NCBI GenBank assembly: GCA_041592135.1
Contig: JBFHQR010000001.1
Strand: one strand, 5' to 3'
DNA from: Porticoccus sp.
GTDB lineage: Bacteria; Pseudomonadota; Gammaproteobacteria; Pseudomonadales; Porticoccaceae
Length of the DNA: 58,932 nt
The position numbers and the translations under genes were made by a program. This document shows, one piece after another, positions 28,776-39,805 of this stretch (the stretch's first letter is position 1; every line of letters begins with the position of its first letter). Below the pieces are notes generated by a model, which saw only the letters and a program-made list of their open reading frames with translations, did no database searches and was not told the origin of the DNA.

Positions 28776-31487
28776 CTATTGCCAGAGTTTCATCTGCTGT
28801 AACGGTTCACCCTCGACGTCTTCCTTGTTGCGGGCATCCAGCTCCTTGCAGATGGTGTCGCTCAATTCCTCGCAGAAAGCGGCGTCGCTGAGAGGCTGGT
28901 AATCGGTGTTTACCAGGTAGAAAACGTCTTCCACCCGCTCGCCGAGGGTGGCAATTTTCGCACTCAACAGGCGCAGCTCGAAACGCATGAAAATGCGGCC
29001 CAGGTGAGCCAGCAGGCCGGGGCGATCCGGGGTGATCACTTCGAGAATGGTGGCGCTTTTCTCAATGTCGTTGCTGATGCTGGCAATGGTGCGCAGGGTG
29101 AACTGCTTGAGGTGGCGCGGTGTGCGGCGCTGTACCTCGAATATTGCCGGGTTGGGATTCTTCAGCGCTTCCGCCAGGGTGCGCTGAATTTTTGCCAGCA
29201 TCTCGGTGTTGTGGCCAAAGGGCTGGTTGTTTTCATCCAACACATAGAAGGTGTCAAAGGTGTGTCCCTCTGTATCCCGGTGCAGCCGCGCATCCATAAT
29301 GTTCAGTTGCAGGTGGTCGAGGGTGGCGGCAGTGGTGGGAAACACATTGTCGATACCCTTGGTGTGGATGAAGATCTGGGTAGCGATGGGGATTTCCACC
29401 CCGGCATTCTGGATCAAAATCACCGGATCAGAGCTGCCCTCCTGTTTGGCGATGGCCGCGGTGTACATGGCAATATCGTCCGACTTCTCCCGCAGAAAAA
29501 ATTCATCATCCACATTACCCCAGATATCGAGTGCCCGGGGCTGGCTGATACCGTATTCAGCCAGGGTTTCGATGGCGGCCTGTTTGGTGCTTTCAACCCA
29601 GGCATCCCGGTCGAAGGGGTTTTCCAGACCGCGCAACAGGGCGCGTTTGGTTTCGGAATAAAGCTGGCGCATCAAGGACGCCTTCCAGGTATTCCACAGG
29701 GTCGGGTTGGTGGCGGTGATGTCGGCGACTGTCAGTACGAACAGGTAGTCGAGGTGCAGCTGATTGCCCATTAGCTTGGCGAATTTGTAGATCACGTCCG
29801 GATCCGAGATGTCCGCCCGCTGTGAGGTGTTGGACATGATCAGGTGGTGCCCCACCAGCCAGGATATCAGCCGGGTTTCCTCGGCGCTGAAACCGTGGCG
29901 GCGGCAAAATTCCTCCGCATCGTGAGCCCCGAGGGAAGAGTGGTCGCCACCGCGGCCCTTGGCGATATCGTGGTAGAGGCCCGCAACAAAGACCAGTTCC
30001 GGTTTGGGCAGGTTTTTATAAATGTGCGAGCACAGCGGGTAGCGTTCGGCCATCTCCGGGCGGTCCAGCACCCGCATGTTCTTGATCAGTTGCAGGGTGT
30101 GGGCGTCCACGGGATAGCGGTGGAACAGGTCGTGCTGGGTCTGGCCGATGATGCGGCCGAACTCGGGCAGGTAGCGACCGAGGATGCCGTAACGGGTCAT
30201 GCGCTGCAGCTGGGTGCTCATCTTGTGGGGGCTGCGCAACAGCCGCAGGAACAGCGCCTTGTTCTGGGGTTCGTTGCGGAAATCGTCGTCGATCAACTTG
30301 CGGTGCTGGCGGATCTGCCGGATGGTGGCCGCGCGGATGCCCTCTATGTTTTCGTTCTCCCCCAGCAGGCAGAAAATTTCCAGCAGGGCGGAGGGGTATT
30401 TGGCGAAGACATACTCGCCGACGGTTTCGATGTGTTTGTCGCGCACCTGGAAGCGCTCATTCAGGGCATAGACGTTTTTAGCCTTGTCCTTGCGCAGAAT
30501 GACTTCATCCAGGTATTGCAGCATCACATCATTGAGTTCCCGCATCGACAGCACCACCTGATAGTAGTGCTGCATGAATTTTTCCACGCCGAGGCGCTCT
30601 TCGCTGTCGTGGTAGCCAAACATGGCCGCCAGTTTGCGCTGGTAGTCAAACAGCAACCGCTCTTCAGGGCGTTCGGCGAGCAGGTGCAAGCCGTAGCGGA
30701 CTTTCCACAGGAAGGCCTCGCCGCGCTTTAACTGCAGGAATTCCTCGGTATTCAGAAATTCCTTGCCCACCAGTTCATCGAGGGATTCAACGTTGAAGTG
30801 CCGCTTGGCCACCCAGTTGATCATCTGGATGTCGCGCAGTCCCCCGGGGGCTTCCTTGACGTTGGGCTCCAGGTTGTACTCGGTATTGCCGTGTTTCCGG
30901 TGCCGTTCAATCTGCTCGTCCAGTTTGGCGCGGAAAAAGGCCTTGTCCGGCCAGATCTTCCTGGGCCCCGTTTTCTTGATCATCGCCTGGCGCAGGCATT
31001 CGTCGCCGGCGATGGTGCGGGTCTCCATCAGGTTGGTGGCCACGGTGATATCGATTTTTGCCTCGGCCACACAATGGGACAGGGTGCGGACACTGTGGCC
31101 GATCTTCAGCTGGATATCCCAGAGGAACGTCAGGAACGCCTCAATATTTTTCTGGTGGCGACGGGGATTGCCCCAGCGAATCAATATCAGCAGGTCGATA
31201 TCGGACTGCGGGTGAAGCTCTTCCCGGCCATACCCACCCACAGCCAGCAGGGAGATATTCTTGCTCCAGTCAAAGCGGTTCCAGGCCTGGCGCAGCATCA
31301 TATCCATGAACTTGGCGCGATCGTGGATGATGTTGGCGGTTTGCTCCCCCTCGTGAAAACGGGCATTAAAGTGATGGTTGGCCGCGCCGATGGCATTTTT
31401 GAACACGTGGATGGGATTGCGCGTCGCCAGATCCTCACGGAAGCGGCGCCGGTCAAAGAACAGCAGGTATTTTGACTCGTCTTCCAT
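28776..31487 (-). CDS. glnD: PII uridylyltransferase / uridylyl-removing enzyme
   Basis: AVGGYGR..LHPQSDIDL, LEPNVKEAPGGLRD, HD domain YHDIAKG and ACT domains. Start overlaps the map stop (TAATG). Confidence 0.95.
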   Translation of the reverse strand: MEDESKYLLFFDRRRFREDLATRNPIHVFKNAIGAANHHFNARFHEGEQTANIIHDRAKFMDMMLRQAWNRFDWSKNISLLAVGGYGREELHPQSDIDLLILIRWGNPRRHQKNIEAFLTFLWDIQLKIGHSVRTLSHCVAEAKIDITVATNLMETRTIAGDECLRQAMIKKTGPRKIWPDKAFFRAKLDEQIERHRKHGNTEYNLEPNVKEAPGGLRDIQMINWVAKRHFNVESLDELVGKEFLNTEEFLQLKRGEAFLWKVRYGLHLLAERPEERLLFDYQRKLAAMFGYHDSEERLGVEKFMQHYYQVVLSMRELNDVMLQYLDEVILRKDKAKNVYALNERFQVRDKHIETVGEYVFAKYPSALLEIFCLLGENENIEGIRAATIRQIRQHRKLIDDDFRNEPQNKALFLRLLRSPHKMSTQLQRMTRYGILGRYLPEFGRIIGQTQHDLFHRYPVDAHTLQLIKNMRVLDRPEMAERYPLCSHIYKNLPKPELVFVAGLYHDIAKGRGGDHSSLGAHDAEEFCRRHGFSAEETRLISWLVGHHLIMSNTSQRADISDPDVIYKFAKLMGNQLHLDYLFVLTVADITATNPTLWNTWKASLMRQLYSETKRALLRGLENPFDRDAWVESTKQAAIETLAEYGISQPRALDIWGNVDDEFFLREKSDDIAMYTAAIAKQEGSSDPVILIQNAGVEIPIATQIFIHTKGIDNVFPTTAATLDHLQLNIMDARLHRDTEGHTFDTFYVLDENNQPFGHNTEMLAKIQRTLAEALKNPNPAIFEVQRRTPRHLKQFTLRTIASISNDIEKSATILEVITPDRPGLLAHLGRIFMRFELRLLSAKIATLGERVEDVFYLVNTDYQPLSDAAFCEELSDTICKELDARNKEDVEGEPLQQMKLWQ

Positions 31488-32257
31488 TAAAACTGTTCTT
31501 CCCTGCGCGCGGTGAGGACTTCCACGCCATCCGCGGTGACCGCCAGGGTGTGCTCCCACTGGGCGGAAAGGCGGCCATCCTTGGTTTCTACTGTCCAGCC
31601 ATCTTTTTTCAGCTTGGTCTGATAGCGGCCCGCATTCACCATGGGTTCAATGGTGAAGGTCATGCCTTCCCGCAGTACCAGGCCAGTGTCGGGTTTGCCA
31701 AAATGGAGTACTTGCGGGTCCTGGTGGAACTCGGTGCCGATGCCATGGCCGCAGTAGTCTCGCACCACACTGTAAAAATGACTTTCCGCGTGCTGCTGGA
31801 TGATGTGGCCGATGTCGCCCAAACGGGCGCCCGGGCGCACCACGCTGATGCCCTTATAGAGGCACTCCTGGGCGACCTGGCACAGCCGCTGGGCGTGTTC
31901 CGGCACATTGCCGACATAAAACATCATGCTGGTGTCACCGTAGTAGCCATCCTTGATGACGGTGATATCGAGATTGACGATGTCGCCGTCGTTCAGTTTC
32001 TTCTTCTCCGAGGGAATGCCATGGCAGACCACCTGGTTGACGGAAGCGCAGATGGATTTCGGGAAACCGCGATAATTGAGTGGCGCGGGAATGCCCTGCT
32101 GCTGGTTGACCATGTATTCGTGGCAGATCCTGTCGAGTTCGCCGGTGGTCACACCGGGCACTACGTAGGGCTCGATCATTTCGAGTACTTCGGCCGCCAG
32201 CCTGCCGGCAATGCGCATTTTCTCAAGTTCGGCGGCGGTTTTGATGGAGACTGCCAT
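31487..32257 (-). CDS. map: Methionine aminopeptidase type I
   Basis: SVNQVVCHGIP, GDTS, GHGIG..FH, TIEPM and SAQWEHT. Confidence 0.96.
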   Translation of the reverse strand: MAVSIKTAAELEKMRIAGRLAAEVLEMIEPYVVPGVTTGELDRICHEYMVNQQQGIPAPLNYRGFPKSICASVNQVVCHGIPSEKKKLNDGDIVNLDITVIKDGYYGDTSMMFYVGNVPEHAQRLCQVAQECLYKGISVVRPGARLGDIGHIIQQHAESHFYSVVRDYCGHGIGTEFHQDPQVLHFGKPDTGLVLREGMTFTIEPMVNAGRYQTKLKKDGWTVETKDGRLSAQWEHTLAVTADGVEVLTARREEQF

Positions 32258-32366
32258 AGCGTGGATCCCGGTTACACTGCTAAAAACGGGCCATTGTAAC
32301 GGATTGTCCGGGGTAGTGGCATCCGTCGCATAAAGGTGATTTTTGCTTCAATAAAAGCCGCCGATA

Positions 32367-32381
32367 TGGTATAAAGCGCAC
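32367..32381 (+). promoter_or_regulatory. rpsB promoter: extended -10 plus GC-rich discriminator
   Basis: TGGTATAAA followed by GCGCAC, matching the architecture of gammaproteobacterial rpsB promoters. Confidence 0.7.
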
Positions 32382-32424
32382 CGCTTCGCGGCACTCCGCC
32401 CCGTGGCAATTCGTATCTTTAACG

Positions 32425-32498
32425 ACACACACGTACCGTCACGCTTGTCTGGGTGCCCTGAAAGGGGTTGATGGGTGGGGTATGTGGAGGTTTAACCC
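32425..32498 (+). ncRNA. rpsB 5' leader (t44 / S2 autoregulatory RNA); boundaries approximate
   Basis: cacacacgta...gggtgccc-tgaaa-ggggt...tatgtggagg-tttaaccc closely resembles the E. coli t44 leader. Confidence 0.75.
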
Positions 32499-32516
32499 TT
32501 AAACAGGACATTAAAA

Positions 32517-33281
32517 ATGGCAAGTGTAAGCATGCGTGACATGTTGCAGGCTGGTGTGCATTTTGGTCACCAGACCCGCTTCTGGAATCCCAAAATGGAT
32601 CAATACATCTTTGGGGCCCGCAACAAAATTCATATCCTCAACCTGGAATACACCGTCCCCGCGTTCAATGACGCGCTGGAAGTGGTCCGTCAGGTTGCGG
32701 CCAATGGCAACAAGGTATTGATGGTTGGCACCAAGCGTGCCGCGCAGAAAGCCATCGTCGAACAGGCGCAGCGCGCCGGTATGCCTTTCGTCAGCCATCG
32801 CTGGCTGGGCGGTATGTTGACCAACTACAAAACCATCCGCGCCTCAATCCGCCGCTTCCGCGAGCTGGAAGCCCAGAGCCAGGATGACACCTTCGAAAAG
32901 CTGACCAAGAAAGAAGCGCTGATGAGAACCCGTCTGATGGAGAAGCTCGAGCGCTCTATCGGTGGTATCAAGGATATGGGCGGCCTGCCGGATATGCTGT
33001 TTGTGATCGACGTGGATCACGAGCGCATCGCTATTCAGGAAGCCAACAAGCTTGGCATTCCGGTCATCGGTGTGGTGGATACCAACAGCAATCCCGAAGG
33101 TGTCGACTACGTTATCCCCGGCAACGATGATGCAATTCGCGCCATCAAGCTGTACACCACGGCCATTGCTGACGCCATTCTTGAAGGCAAGTCGCAGTCT
33201 GGCAACACCCCGAACAAAGATGAATTTGTCGAGGTGGTGGAGGAAGGCGACAACAGCAACAGTGAAGCGGCCGCCGAGTAA
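32517..33281 (+). CDS. rpsB: 30S ribosomal protein S2
   Basis: [25 protein letters not shown] and PGNDDAIRA. Confidence 0.98.
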   Translation: MASVSMRDMLQAGVHFGHQTRFWNPKMDQYIFGARNKIHILNLEYTVPAFNDALEVVRQVAANGNKVLMVGTKRAAQKAIVEQAQRAGMPFVSHRWLGGMLTNYKTIRASIRRFRELEAQSQDDTFEKLTKKEALMRTRLMEKLERSIGGIKDMGGLPDMLFVIDVDHERIAIQEANKLGIPVIGVVDTNSNPEGVDYVIPGNDDAIRAIKLYTTAIADAILEGKSQSGNTPNKDEFVEVVEEGDNSNSEAAAE

Positions 33282-33319
33282 TTATCAGCAGCCACATCTC
33301 TGTGGGTGTCATTGAAATC

Positions 33320-33344
33320 AAAAGGGGGCGATGCCCCCTTTTTT
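33320..33344 (+). terminator. Intrinsic terminator/attenuator between rpsB and tsf
   Basis: aaaaggggg-cgatg-ccccctttttt. Confidence 0.7.
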
Positions 33345-33378
33345 CCAGCTAAACAGAACGATCGAGAGGAATTCACAG

Positions 33379-34242
33379 ATGGCAGCAATTTCTGCATCTC
33401 TGGTAAAAGAACTGCGCGAGCGCACTGGCCTCGGCATGATGGAATGTAAGAAGGCCCTGGTTGAGGCTGATGGCGATATCGAAAAAGCGATTGATGATCT
33501 GCGCAAGTCCAGTGGTATGAAGGCCGCCAAAAAAGCCGGTCGCACCGCTGCTGAAGGCGTGGTCGCCGTCAAAGTGGCCGCTGACAACAGCTACGGCGTG
33601 TTGGTGGAAGTGAATAGCGAAACCGACTTCGTCGCGCGGGATGATAACTTCATGGCGTTTGTAAATGCCGTGGTGGAAAAAGCGTTTGCCGACAAGCAAG
33701 CGGATGCCGCGGTGCTGGCAGCAGACGTGGAAGAAGCGCGCCAGGCGCTGGTGCAGAAGATTGGTGAGAATATTTCCGTGCGCCGCGTGGTGCTGCTGGA
33801 AGCCCCGCTGGTTGGCAGCTACGTGCACAGCAACAACCGTATTGGGGTGCTTGCTGCGTTGACCGCTGGCGATGCCGAATTGGCCAAAGATGTCGCCATG
33901 CATGTGGCGGCGGTCAATCCCCAGGTGGTCAAGCCGGAAGATATGCCGGAAGAGCTGCTGATCAAGGAGCGCGAAATCTTCTCGGTGCAAGCCCGCGAAA
34001 GTGGCAAGCCGGAAGAGATCATCGCCAAGATGATCGAAGGCCGTATCAGCAAGTTCCTGGCAGAATCCAGCCTGGTGGCACAGCCCTTTGTCAAAGACCC
34101 GGACGTCAAGGTGGGCAAACTGGTCAAGGATGCCGGTGCCGACGTGCTGTCATTCACCCGCTTTGAGGTGGGAGAGGGTATCGAGAAAGAGGAAGTGGAT
34201 TTTGCCGCTGAGGTGGCGGCCCAGGTCGGCGCGGCCAAATGA
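33379..34242 (+). CDS. tsf: Elongation factor Ts
   Basis: [28 protein letters not shown] and [10 protein letters not shown]. Confidence 0.97.
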   Translation: MAAISASLVKELRERTGLGMMECKKALVEADGDIEKAIDDLRKSSGMKAAKKAGRTAAEGVVAVKVAADNSYGVLVEVNSETDFVARDDNFMAFVNAVVEKAFADKQADAAVLAADVEEARQALVQKIGENISVRRVVLLEAPLVGSYVHSNNRIGVLAALTAGDAELAKDVAMHVAAVNPQVVKPEDMPEELLIKEREIFSVQARESGKPEEIIAKMIEGRISKFLAESSLVAQPFVKDPDVKVGKLVKDAGADVLSFTRFEVGEGIEKEEVDFAAEVAAQVGAAK

Positions 34243-34249
34243 CCTGAAG

Positions 34250-34275
34250 ACGGGGGCTGCGGCCCCCGTTATTAT
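34250..34275 (+). terminator. GC-rich hairpin after tsf, possible terminator
   Basis: acgggggc-tgcg-gcccccgt followed by a weak A/T tail. Confidence 0.45.
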
Positions 34276-34313
34276 ATACGCCGAATTTTTTCCCATTCCG
34301 GAGTACCGATTAC

Positions 34314-35051
34314 ATGCCCAGTATCAAAGATAAAAAGTACAAACGGATTCTGCTCAAGCTGAGTGGCGAAGAGTTGATGGGTGAAGAGGGTTTTGGCATT
34401 GATCCCAAAGTGCTCGATCGCATGGCGCTGGAGATTGGCCAACTGGTCGGCATCGGAGTGCAAGTGGGGCTGGTGATCGGCGGTGGCAATTTGTTTCGCG
34501 GTGCGGCATTGCACGCCGCCGGCATGGAGCGGGTTACCGGTGACCACATGGGTATGTTGGCCACCATGATGAATGGCCTGGCCATGCGCGATGCCCTGGA
34601 TCGCAATAATATTTCCGCCCGGGTGATGTCAGCCATCCCCATGAGTGGGGTGGTGGAGCACTATGATCGCCGCACCGCGGTTCGCTACCTGGCTGGCGGC
34701 GACGTGGTGATTTTCTCCGCCGGAACCGGCAATCCCTTTTTCACCACCGACTCTGCCGCCTGCCTGCGCGGCATAGAAGTCGGTGCCGAAATCGTTCTGA
34801 AGGCGACCAAGGTGGACGGTGTATACTCCGCCGACCCGATGAAAGATCCCAGCGCGACCATGTATACCCGGTTGACCTACGACGACGCGCTGCAGCAAAA
34901 ACTGGGTGTCATGGACCTGACTGCCATCTGCCTGTGTCGAGAGCACGACATGCCATTGCGGGTATTTCGCATGTCGAAACCCGGCGCGTTGCTGCATATC
35001 GTGGTCGGCGGTGACGAGGGCACCCTGATCGAGGAGAGTTTTGATGATTGA
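34314..35051 (+). CDS. pyrH: UMP kinase
   Basis: [25 protein letters not shown] and GNPFFTTDS. Confidence 0.97.
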   Translation: MPSIKDKKYKRILLKLSGEELMGEEGFGIDPKVLDRMALEIGQLVGIGVQVGLVIGGGNLFRGAALHAAGMERVTGDHMGMLATMMNGLAMRDALDRNNISARVMSAIPMSGVVEHYDRRTAVRYLAGGDVVIFSAGTGNPFFTTDSAACLRGIEVGAEIVLKATKVDGVYSADPMKDPSATMYTRLTYDDALQQKLGVMDLTAICLCREHDMPLRVFRMSKPGALLHIVVGGDEGTLIEESFDD

Positions 35052-35601
35052 AGATCTTAAAAAAGATGCAGAACAGCGTATGGCCAAGAGCATTGAAGCC
35101 CTTGGACATGCCTTTAACAAAATCCGCACCGGCCGGGCGCACCCCAGCCTGCTGGATGGCCTGATGGTGAGCTACTACGGTTCGGATATGCCCCTCAATC
35201 AGGTGGGCAACGTCAACGTGCTGGATGCCCGCACCCTGTCCATTTCCGTGTGGGAGAAAAGCATGGTGCCCGAGGTTGAGAAGGCCATCATGAAATCCGA
35301 CCTGGGGCTAAACCCGGTCACCACCGGTGAGCTGATACGCGTGCCGATGCCCGCCCTGACGGAGGAGACCCGTAAAGGTTTCATCAAGCAGGCCAAGGCC
35401 GAAGCGGAAAACGCCCGCATCGCCATCCGCAACATTCGCCGGGATGTGCTGTCCGACATCAAGGAACTGCTCAAGGAAAAGGACATCAGTGAGGACGATG
35501 AACGCCGCGCCGGGGAAAGCATACAAAAAATTACCGACAAATATATCCAGCAGGTCGACAAGGCGCTGTCCGTTAAAGAAGTGGATTTGATGGAAATCTG
35601 A
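35044..35601 (+). CDS. frr: Ribosome recycling factor
   Basis: [20 protein letters not shown] and IRNIRRD. Confidence 0.96.
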   Translation: MIEDLKKDAEQRMAKSIEALGHAFNKIRTGRAHPSLLDGLMVSYYGSDMPLNQVGNVNVLDARTLSISVWEKSMVPEVEKAIMKSDLGLNPVTTGELIRVPMPALTEETRKGFIKQAKAEAENARIAIRNIRRDVLSDIKELLKEKDISEDDERRAGESIQKITDKYIQQVDKALSVKEVDLMEI

Positions 35602-35628
35602 TCCCGTTTGACGAAAAGCCGCGCCACC

Positions 35629-36387
35629 ATGAGCCAATCACCTGACCAGTCAGTACCCTGCCATCCACTGCGCCATGTGGCGATCATTATGGATGGCAAC
35701 AACCGCTGGGCCACCGAGCGTGGCCTGCCGGGTACAGCCGGCCACGAAGTTGGTGTCGAGCGAGTCAGGGATGTGCTCGATGCCTGTCAGCGACACGACA
35801 TTGACGTCGTCACCCTGTTTGCTTTCAGTAGTGAAAATTGGAAACGGCCTGAGCTCGAAGTGAGAGCGCTGATGTCGCTGCTCGGCTCCTACCTGCGCAA
35901 GGAAGTCCCGCAATTGGTGGAGCGGGGGATCAGCCTGAGGTTTATCGGTCGCCGGGATAATTTCACTGACAAATTAAAGTCACTGATCGCCGACAGCGAG
36001 GCGTCGACAGCCGGTGGGGAGCGGACCCTGGTGCTGGCCGTGGATTATGGCGGGCGCTGGGAAATTACCGAGGCGGCCCGCAACATTGCCCGCCAGGTGC
36101 AGACCGGTCGACTGCGTCCAGAGGATATTACGGAGCAGTTGATGCAGCAACAAATGTGCCTCAAGGACCTGCCGCCCCCCGATCTGTGCATACGCACCGC
36201 GGGTGAACAGCGCATCAGCAATTTCCTGCTCTGGCATATGGCGTACACTGAGTTTTATTTTGCCGACTGCTATTGGCCCGATTTCGATGGCCCCGCCTTC
36301 GATGCCGCCATTGCTAACTACTACCAGCGCCAGCGCCGCTTTGGCAAGCGGGACGACCAGCACGAGGAGCGCAGCCGACGTGCTTAA
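35629..36387 (+). CDS. uppS: Undecaprenyl diphosphate synthase
   Basis: [23 protein letters not shown] and [14 protein letters not shown]. Confidence 0.95.
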   Translation: MSQSPDQSVPCHPLRHVAIIMDGNNRWATERGLPGTAGHEVGVERVRDVLDACQRHDIDVVTLFAFSSENWKRPELEVRALMSLLGSYLRKEVPQLVERGISLRFIGRRDNFTDKLKSLIADSEASTAGGERTLVLAVDYGGRWEITEAARNIARQVQTGRLRPEDITEQLMQQQMCLKDLPPPDLCIRTAGEQRISNFLLWHMAYTEFYFADCYWPDFDGPAFDAAIANYYQRQRRFGKRDDQHEERSRRA

Positions 36388-37222
36388 GGAACGAATTATG
36401 ACGGCATTGCTGATGGCAGTGCTGTTTCTGGCGACGCTGTTTCTGCTCAGTCCGTTCGGATTTTCCCTGGCGATCGGACTGGTGGTGGTTTACGCCGCCT
36501 GGGAGTGGTCCGATCTCGCCGGGTTGTCCCGCCAGTCGCTTCGCCTGGCCTATGTCGCCGCCGTGGCGGGATGCCTGTTGGCCGCCGCCGTCCGCCTGGG
36601 GCTCGCGCCGGGGAGCACGCCCCTGATAGATAAAGGGCATGACCTGTTGGTTCTCACCACTCCCTGGTGGGCACTGGCACTGCTCTGGGTACAGGGTTAT
36701 CCCTCCAGCGCCATTCTGTGGGGCAGTCGCGCGGTGCGTGCACTGATGGGCCTGTTGGTGCTGCTGCCCACCTGGGTGGCTGCGGTGTTGCTGATTCATG
36801 GCGGCAATGGTCCTTGGATAATTCTGCTGGTGGTGGCGATTGTTGCCCTGGCAGATATCGGTGCCTATTTCAGCGGGCGCCGTTTTGGCCGCCACAGCCT
36901 GGCCTCCAGCGTCAGTCCTAAGAAGACCCTGGAAGGTCTGTTCGGGGGCGTGCTGGCCAATGTGTTATTGGTGGCTGTCCTGGGCCTCTGGTTGCAACTA
37001 CCGGCCCGGGAATGGGCGCTGTTTGGCGGGGTGGTGATGGTGACGGTGTTGGTGTCGGTGCTCGGCGATTTGCTTGAAAGTATGGTGAAGCGACACCGGG
37101 GCCTCAAGGACAGTGGCAGTATTTTGCCCGGTCACGGGGGGGTGCTGGATCGCATGGACAGCCTGACTGCCGCATTGCCGGTGTTTGCGCTCATTTATAT
37201 TGTCAGTGGGGTACAGCTTTAA
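36380..37222 (+). CDS. cdsA: Phosphatidate cytidylyltransferase
   Basis: GTG start (VLKERIMTA); [15 protein letters not shown] and [18 protein letters not shown]. Confidence 0.94.
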   Translation: MLKERIMTALLMAVLFLATLFLLSPFGFSLAIGLVVVYAAWEWSDLAGLSRQSLRLAYVAAVAGCLLAAAVRLGLAPGSTPLIDKGHDLLVLTTPWWALALLWVQGYPSSAILWGSRAVRALMGLLVLLPTWVAAVLLIHGGNGPWIILLVVAIVALADIGAYFSGRRFGRHSLASSVSPKKTLEGLFGGVLANVLLVAVLGLWLQLPAREWALFGGVVMVTVLVSVLGDLLESMVKRHRGLKDSGSILPGHGGVLDRMDSLTAALPVFALIYIVSGVQL

Positions 37223-37225
37223 TCC

Positions 37226-38410
37226 ATGCAGTACCTGACAGTTTTAGGGGCCACCGGCTCCATCGGTGAAAATACGCTGGATGTGGTGGCGCGGCATCCG
37301 GATCGCTTCCGGGTGTTCGCCCTCAGTGGTCACAGCCAACTGGATAAGCTGGCCCGCCAGTGTGGTCAGTTCAAGCCGAACTACGCGGTGGTGGCTGACC
37401 GGGAATCTGCTGCGCTACTCAGCGGGAAATTGCGCTCCCTGAGCCTCGCTACCGAAGTGGTTTTTGGCCAGCAGGCCCTGTGCGACCTGGCGGCTGCGCC
37501 AGAGGTCGACATGGTCATGGCGGCCATTGTCGGTGCGGTGGGTTTGCGGCCGACCCTCGCCGCCGCGCAGGCGGGAAAAAAGGTGCTGTTGGCAAACAAG
37601 GAATCCCTGGTGATGGCCGGCGGCCTGTTTATGGATGCCGTGCGCTCTGCGCAAGCCACACTGCTGCCCATCGACAGTGAGCACAATGCCATTTTCCAAT
37701 GTTTGCCGACCACCTACGGCCCGGGGCAGCGGGGCGGGGTGCGCAGGGTATTGTTGACAGCCTCCGGCGGCCCATTTCTCAGTGTGCCGCTGGACAGTCT
37801 TGCCGCCATGACCCCCGATCAGGCCTGTGCTCATCCCAACTGGCAAATGGGTCGAAAAATTTCGGTGGACTCCGCCACCATGATGAACAAGGGGCTGGAG
37901 CTGATCGAAGCCTGCTGGCTGTTCGATTTGCGCCCCGAAGAAATAGAAGTGGTGATTCATCCCCAGAGCGTTATCCACTCCATGGTGGAGTATGTGGACG
38001 GTTCAATCCTCGCCCAGCTCGGCAACCCCGATATGCGCACACCCATCGCCCATGCCATGGCCTGGCCTGAGCGCGTGGTATCCGGGGTCGCCAGTCTCGA
38101 TATTATCCGGACAGCGCGGCTGGATTTTGCCGCACCGGATCTGCAACGTTTTCCCTGTTTGCAACTGGCGATGGAAGCCGCGCGCCGCGGTGGCAGTGCC
38201 CCGGCACTGCTGAATGCGGCCAACGAAGTGGCCGTTGCGGCTTTCCTCGGAGGTCGATTGCCTTTCACCGGTATTGCCGAGGTGGTCTCAGCGGTACTCG
38301 ATCGGGTGGAAATCACTGAACCGGACTCGCTCGAGGCTGTCCAATCGTGCGATCAAATGGCGCGTCGAAGCGCTGAAGAGGTTATTGTGCAGCTGACCGG
38401 GAAGGGTTAA
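37226..38410 (+). CDS. dxr: 1-deoxy-D-xylulose-5-phosphate reductoisomerase
   Basis: [43 protein letters not shown]. Confidence 0.97.
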   Translation: MQYLTVLGATGSIGENTLDVVARHPDRFRVFALSGHSQLDKLARQCGQFKPNYAVVADRESAALLSGKLRSLSLATEVVFGQQALCDLAAAPEVDMVMAAIVGAVGLRPTLAAAQAGKKVLLANKESLVMAGGLFMDAVRSAQATLLPIDSEHNAIFQCLPTTYGPGQRGGVRRVLLTASGGPFLSVPLDSLAAMTPDQACAHPNWQMGRKISVDSATMMNKGLELIEACWLFDLRPEEIEVVIHPQSVIHSMVEYVDGSILAQLGNPDMRTPIAHAMAWPERVVSGVASLDIIRTARLDFAAPDLQRFPCLQLAMEAARRGGSAPALLNAANEVAVAAFLGGRLPFTGIAEVVSAVLDRVEITEPDSLEAVQSCDQMARRSAEEVIVQLTGKG

Positions 38411-39765
38411 TGGCGTTACTACAGACAGTATTTTTCACCCTGGTGGCACTGGGTGTGCTGGTGACTTTTCACGAATTTGGTCACTTCTGGGTTGCGCGCC
38501 GCTGTGGCATCAAAGTGCTGCGATTTTCCGTGGGGTTTGGCACACCGCTATTCCGCTGGCGCGACCGTTTGGGCACCGAGTTCGTTTTGGCTGCCCTGCC
38601 CCTTGGCGGCTATGTGCGCATGGTCGATGAGCGCGAGGGCAATGTGCCAGAGGCCGATTTGCCCTACGCCTTCACCCGCAAGCCTGTGTGGCAGCGGATG
38701 GCCGTGGTGGCAGCGGGCCCGCTGGCCAATTTTATCCTCGCCGTACTGCTGTACTGGGTTGTCTATGCCTTGGGGGTTACCGGCATAGCCCCGGTAATCG
38801 GCTCGCTCAAACCCAATTCGGTGGCGGAACGGGCGGGACTTGAAGCCGGACAGGAAATCGTCGCGGTGGACGGTGAACCGACTCCCACCTGGCAGGCGCT
38901 CAATGAGCGATTGGTCAGGCGTATAGGGGAGAGCGGCCCCATCAGCTTCAGGGTCAAATTGCCTGAGGACAGTCTGCAGTACGAATATCAGGGGGAATTG
39001 CGTGACTGGCTGAATGACGCGGAACAGCCCGATCCCATTGCCGGCCTGGGCATTGTCCTCTATTCACCACAAATCCTGCCCGTCGCCGCAGAGATCGTTC
39101 CGGGCGATCCGGCTGACCGCGCCGGGTTGTTGTCCGGCGACCAGATTCTGAGCGCCGATGGTGAACCCATGCCCGATTGGTCGACCTGGGTGAATTATGT
39201 GCGTGCCAGACCCGGGCAGAAGATCGGCTTGCTGGTCAAGCGGGGTGAGGATCGTATTGAAACCACCGTGGTGCCGAAGGCTTCCGTCGCCGAGGACGGG
39301 GCCAAAATTGGCCAGGTCGGGATGAGCGTGCGCGTTCCCGAATGGCCCAAAGAAATGATTCGCCAATCTGACTACAACCTGTTCGAAGCCCTGGGGCAGG
39401 GGCTTTCCCAGACCTGGAACACCTCGGTATTAATCCTCGATTCTGTCAAGAAGATGTTGGTGGGGCTGATTTCCGCAAAACACTTGAGTGGACCCATCAC
39501 CATTGCTAAAGTGGCGGGCGCTTCTGCTCAATATGGACTGACGGCCTATCTGGGATTTCTGGCTTTCTTGAGCGTCAGCCTGGGCGTTTTGAATTTGCTG
39601 CCCATCCCGGTTCTGGATGGCGGCCACCTGATGTATTACATCATCGAGGCAGTGAAAGGCAGGCCTGTATCCGAAAAAATCCAGATGATGGGTTTTCGGA
39701 TCGGGATGTTTTTGGTAATTGGGTTGATGTTGCTCGCTCTATACAATGACCTGATGCGACTGTAA
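38410..39765 (+). CDS. rseP: RIP metalloprotease RseP
   Basis: HEFGH, two PDZ domains and NLLPIPVLDGGH. Confidence 0.96.
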   Translation: MALLQTVFFTLVALGVLVTFHEFGHFWVARRCGIKVLRFSVGFGTPLFRWRDRLGTEFVLAALPLGGYVRMVDEREGNVPEADLPYAFTRKPVWQRMAVVAAGPLANFILAVLLYWVVYALGVTGIAPVIGSLKPNSVAERAGLEAGQEIVAVDGEPTPTWQALNERLVRRIGESGPISFRVKLPEDSLQYEYQGELRDWLNDAEQPDPIAGLGIVLYSPQILPVAAEIVPGDPADRAGLLSGDQILSADGEPMPDWSTWVNYVRARPGQKIGLLVKRGEDRIETTVVPKASVAEDGAKIGQVGMSVRVPEWPKEMIRQSDYNLFEALGQGLSQTWNTSVLILDSVKKMLVGLISAKHLSGPITIAKVAGASAQYGLTAYLGFLAFLSVSLGVLNLLPIPVLDGGHLMYYIIEAVKGRPVSEKIQMMGFRIGMFLVIGLMLLALYNDLMRL

Positions 39766-39805
39766 CTGCCACAACGAACAAGAATCGAGAGAATACCGGT
39801 TTCCA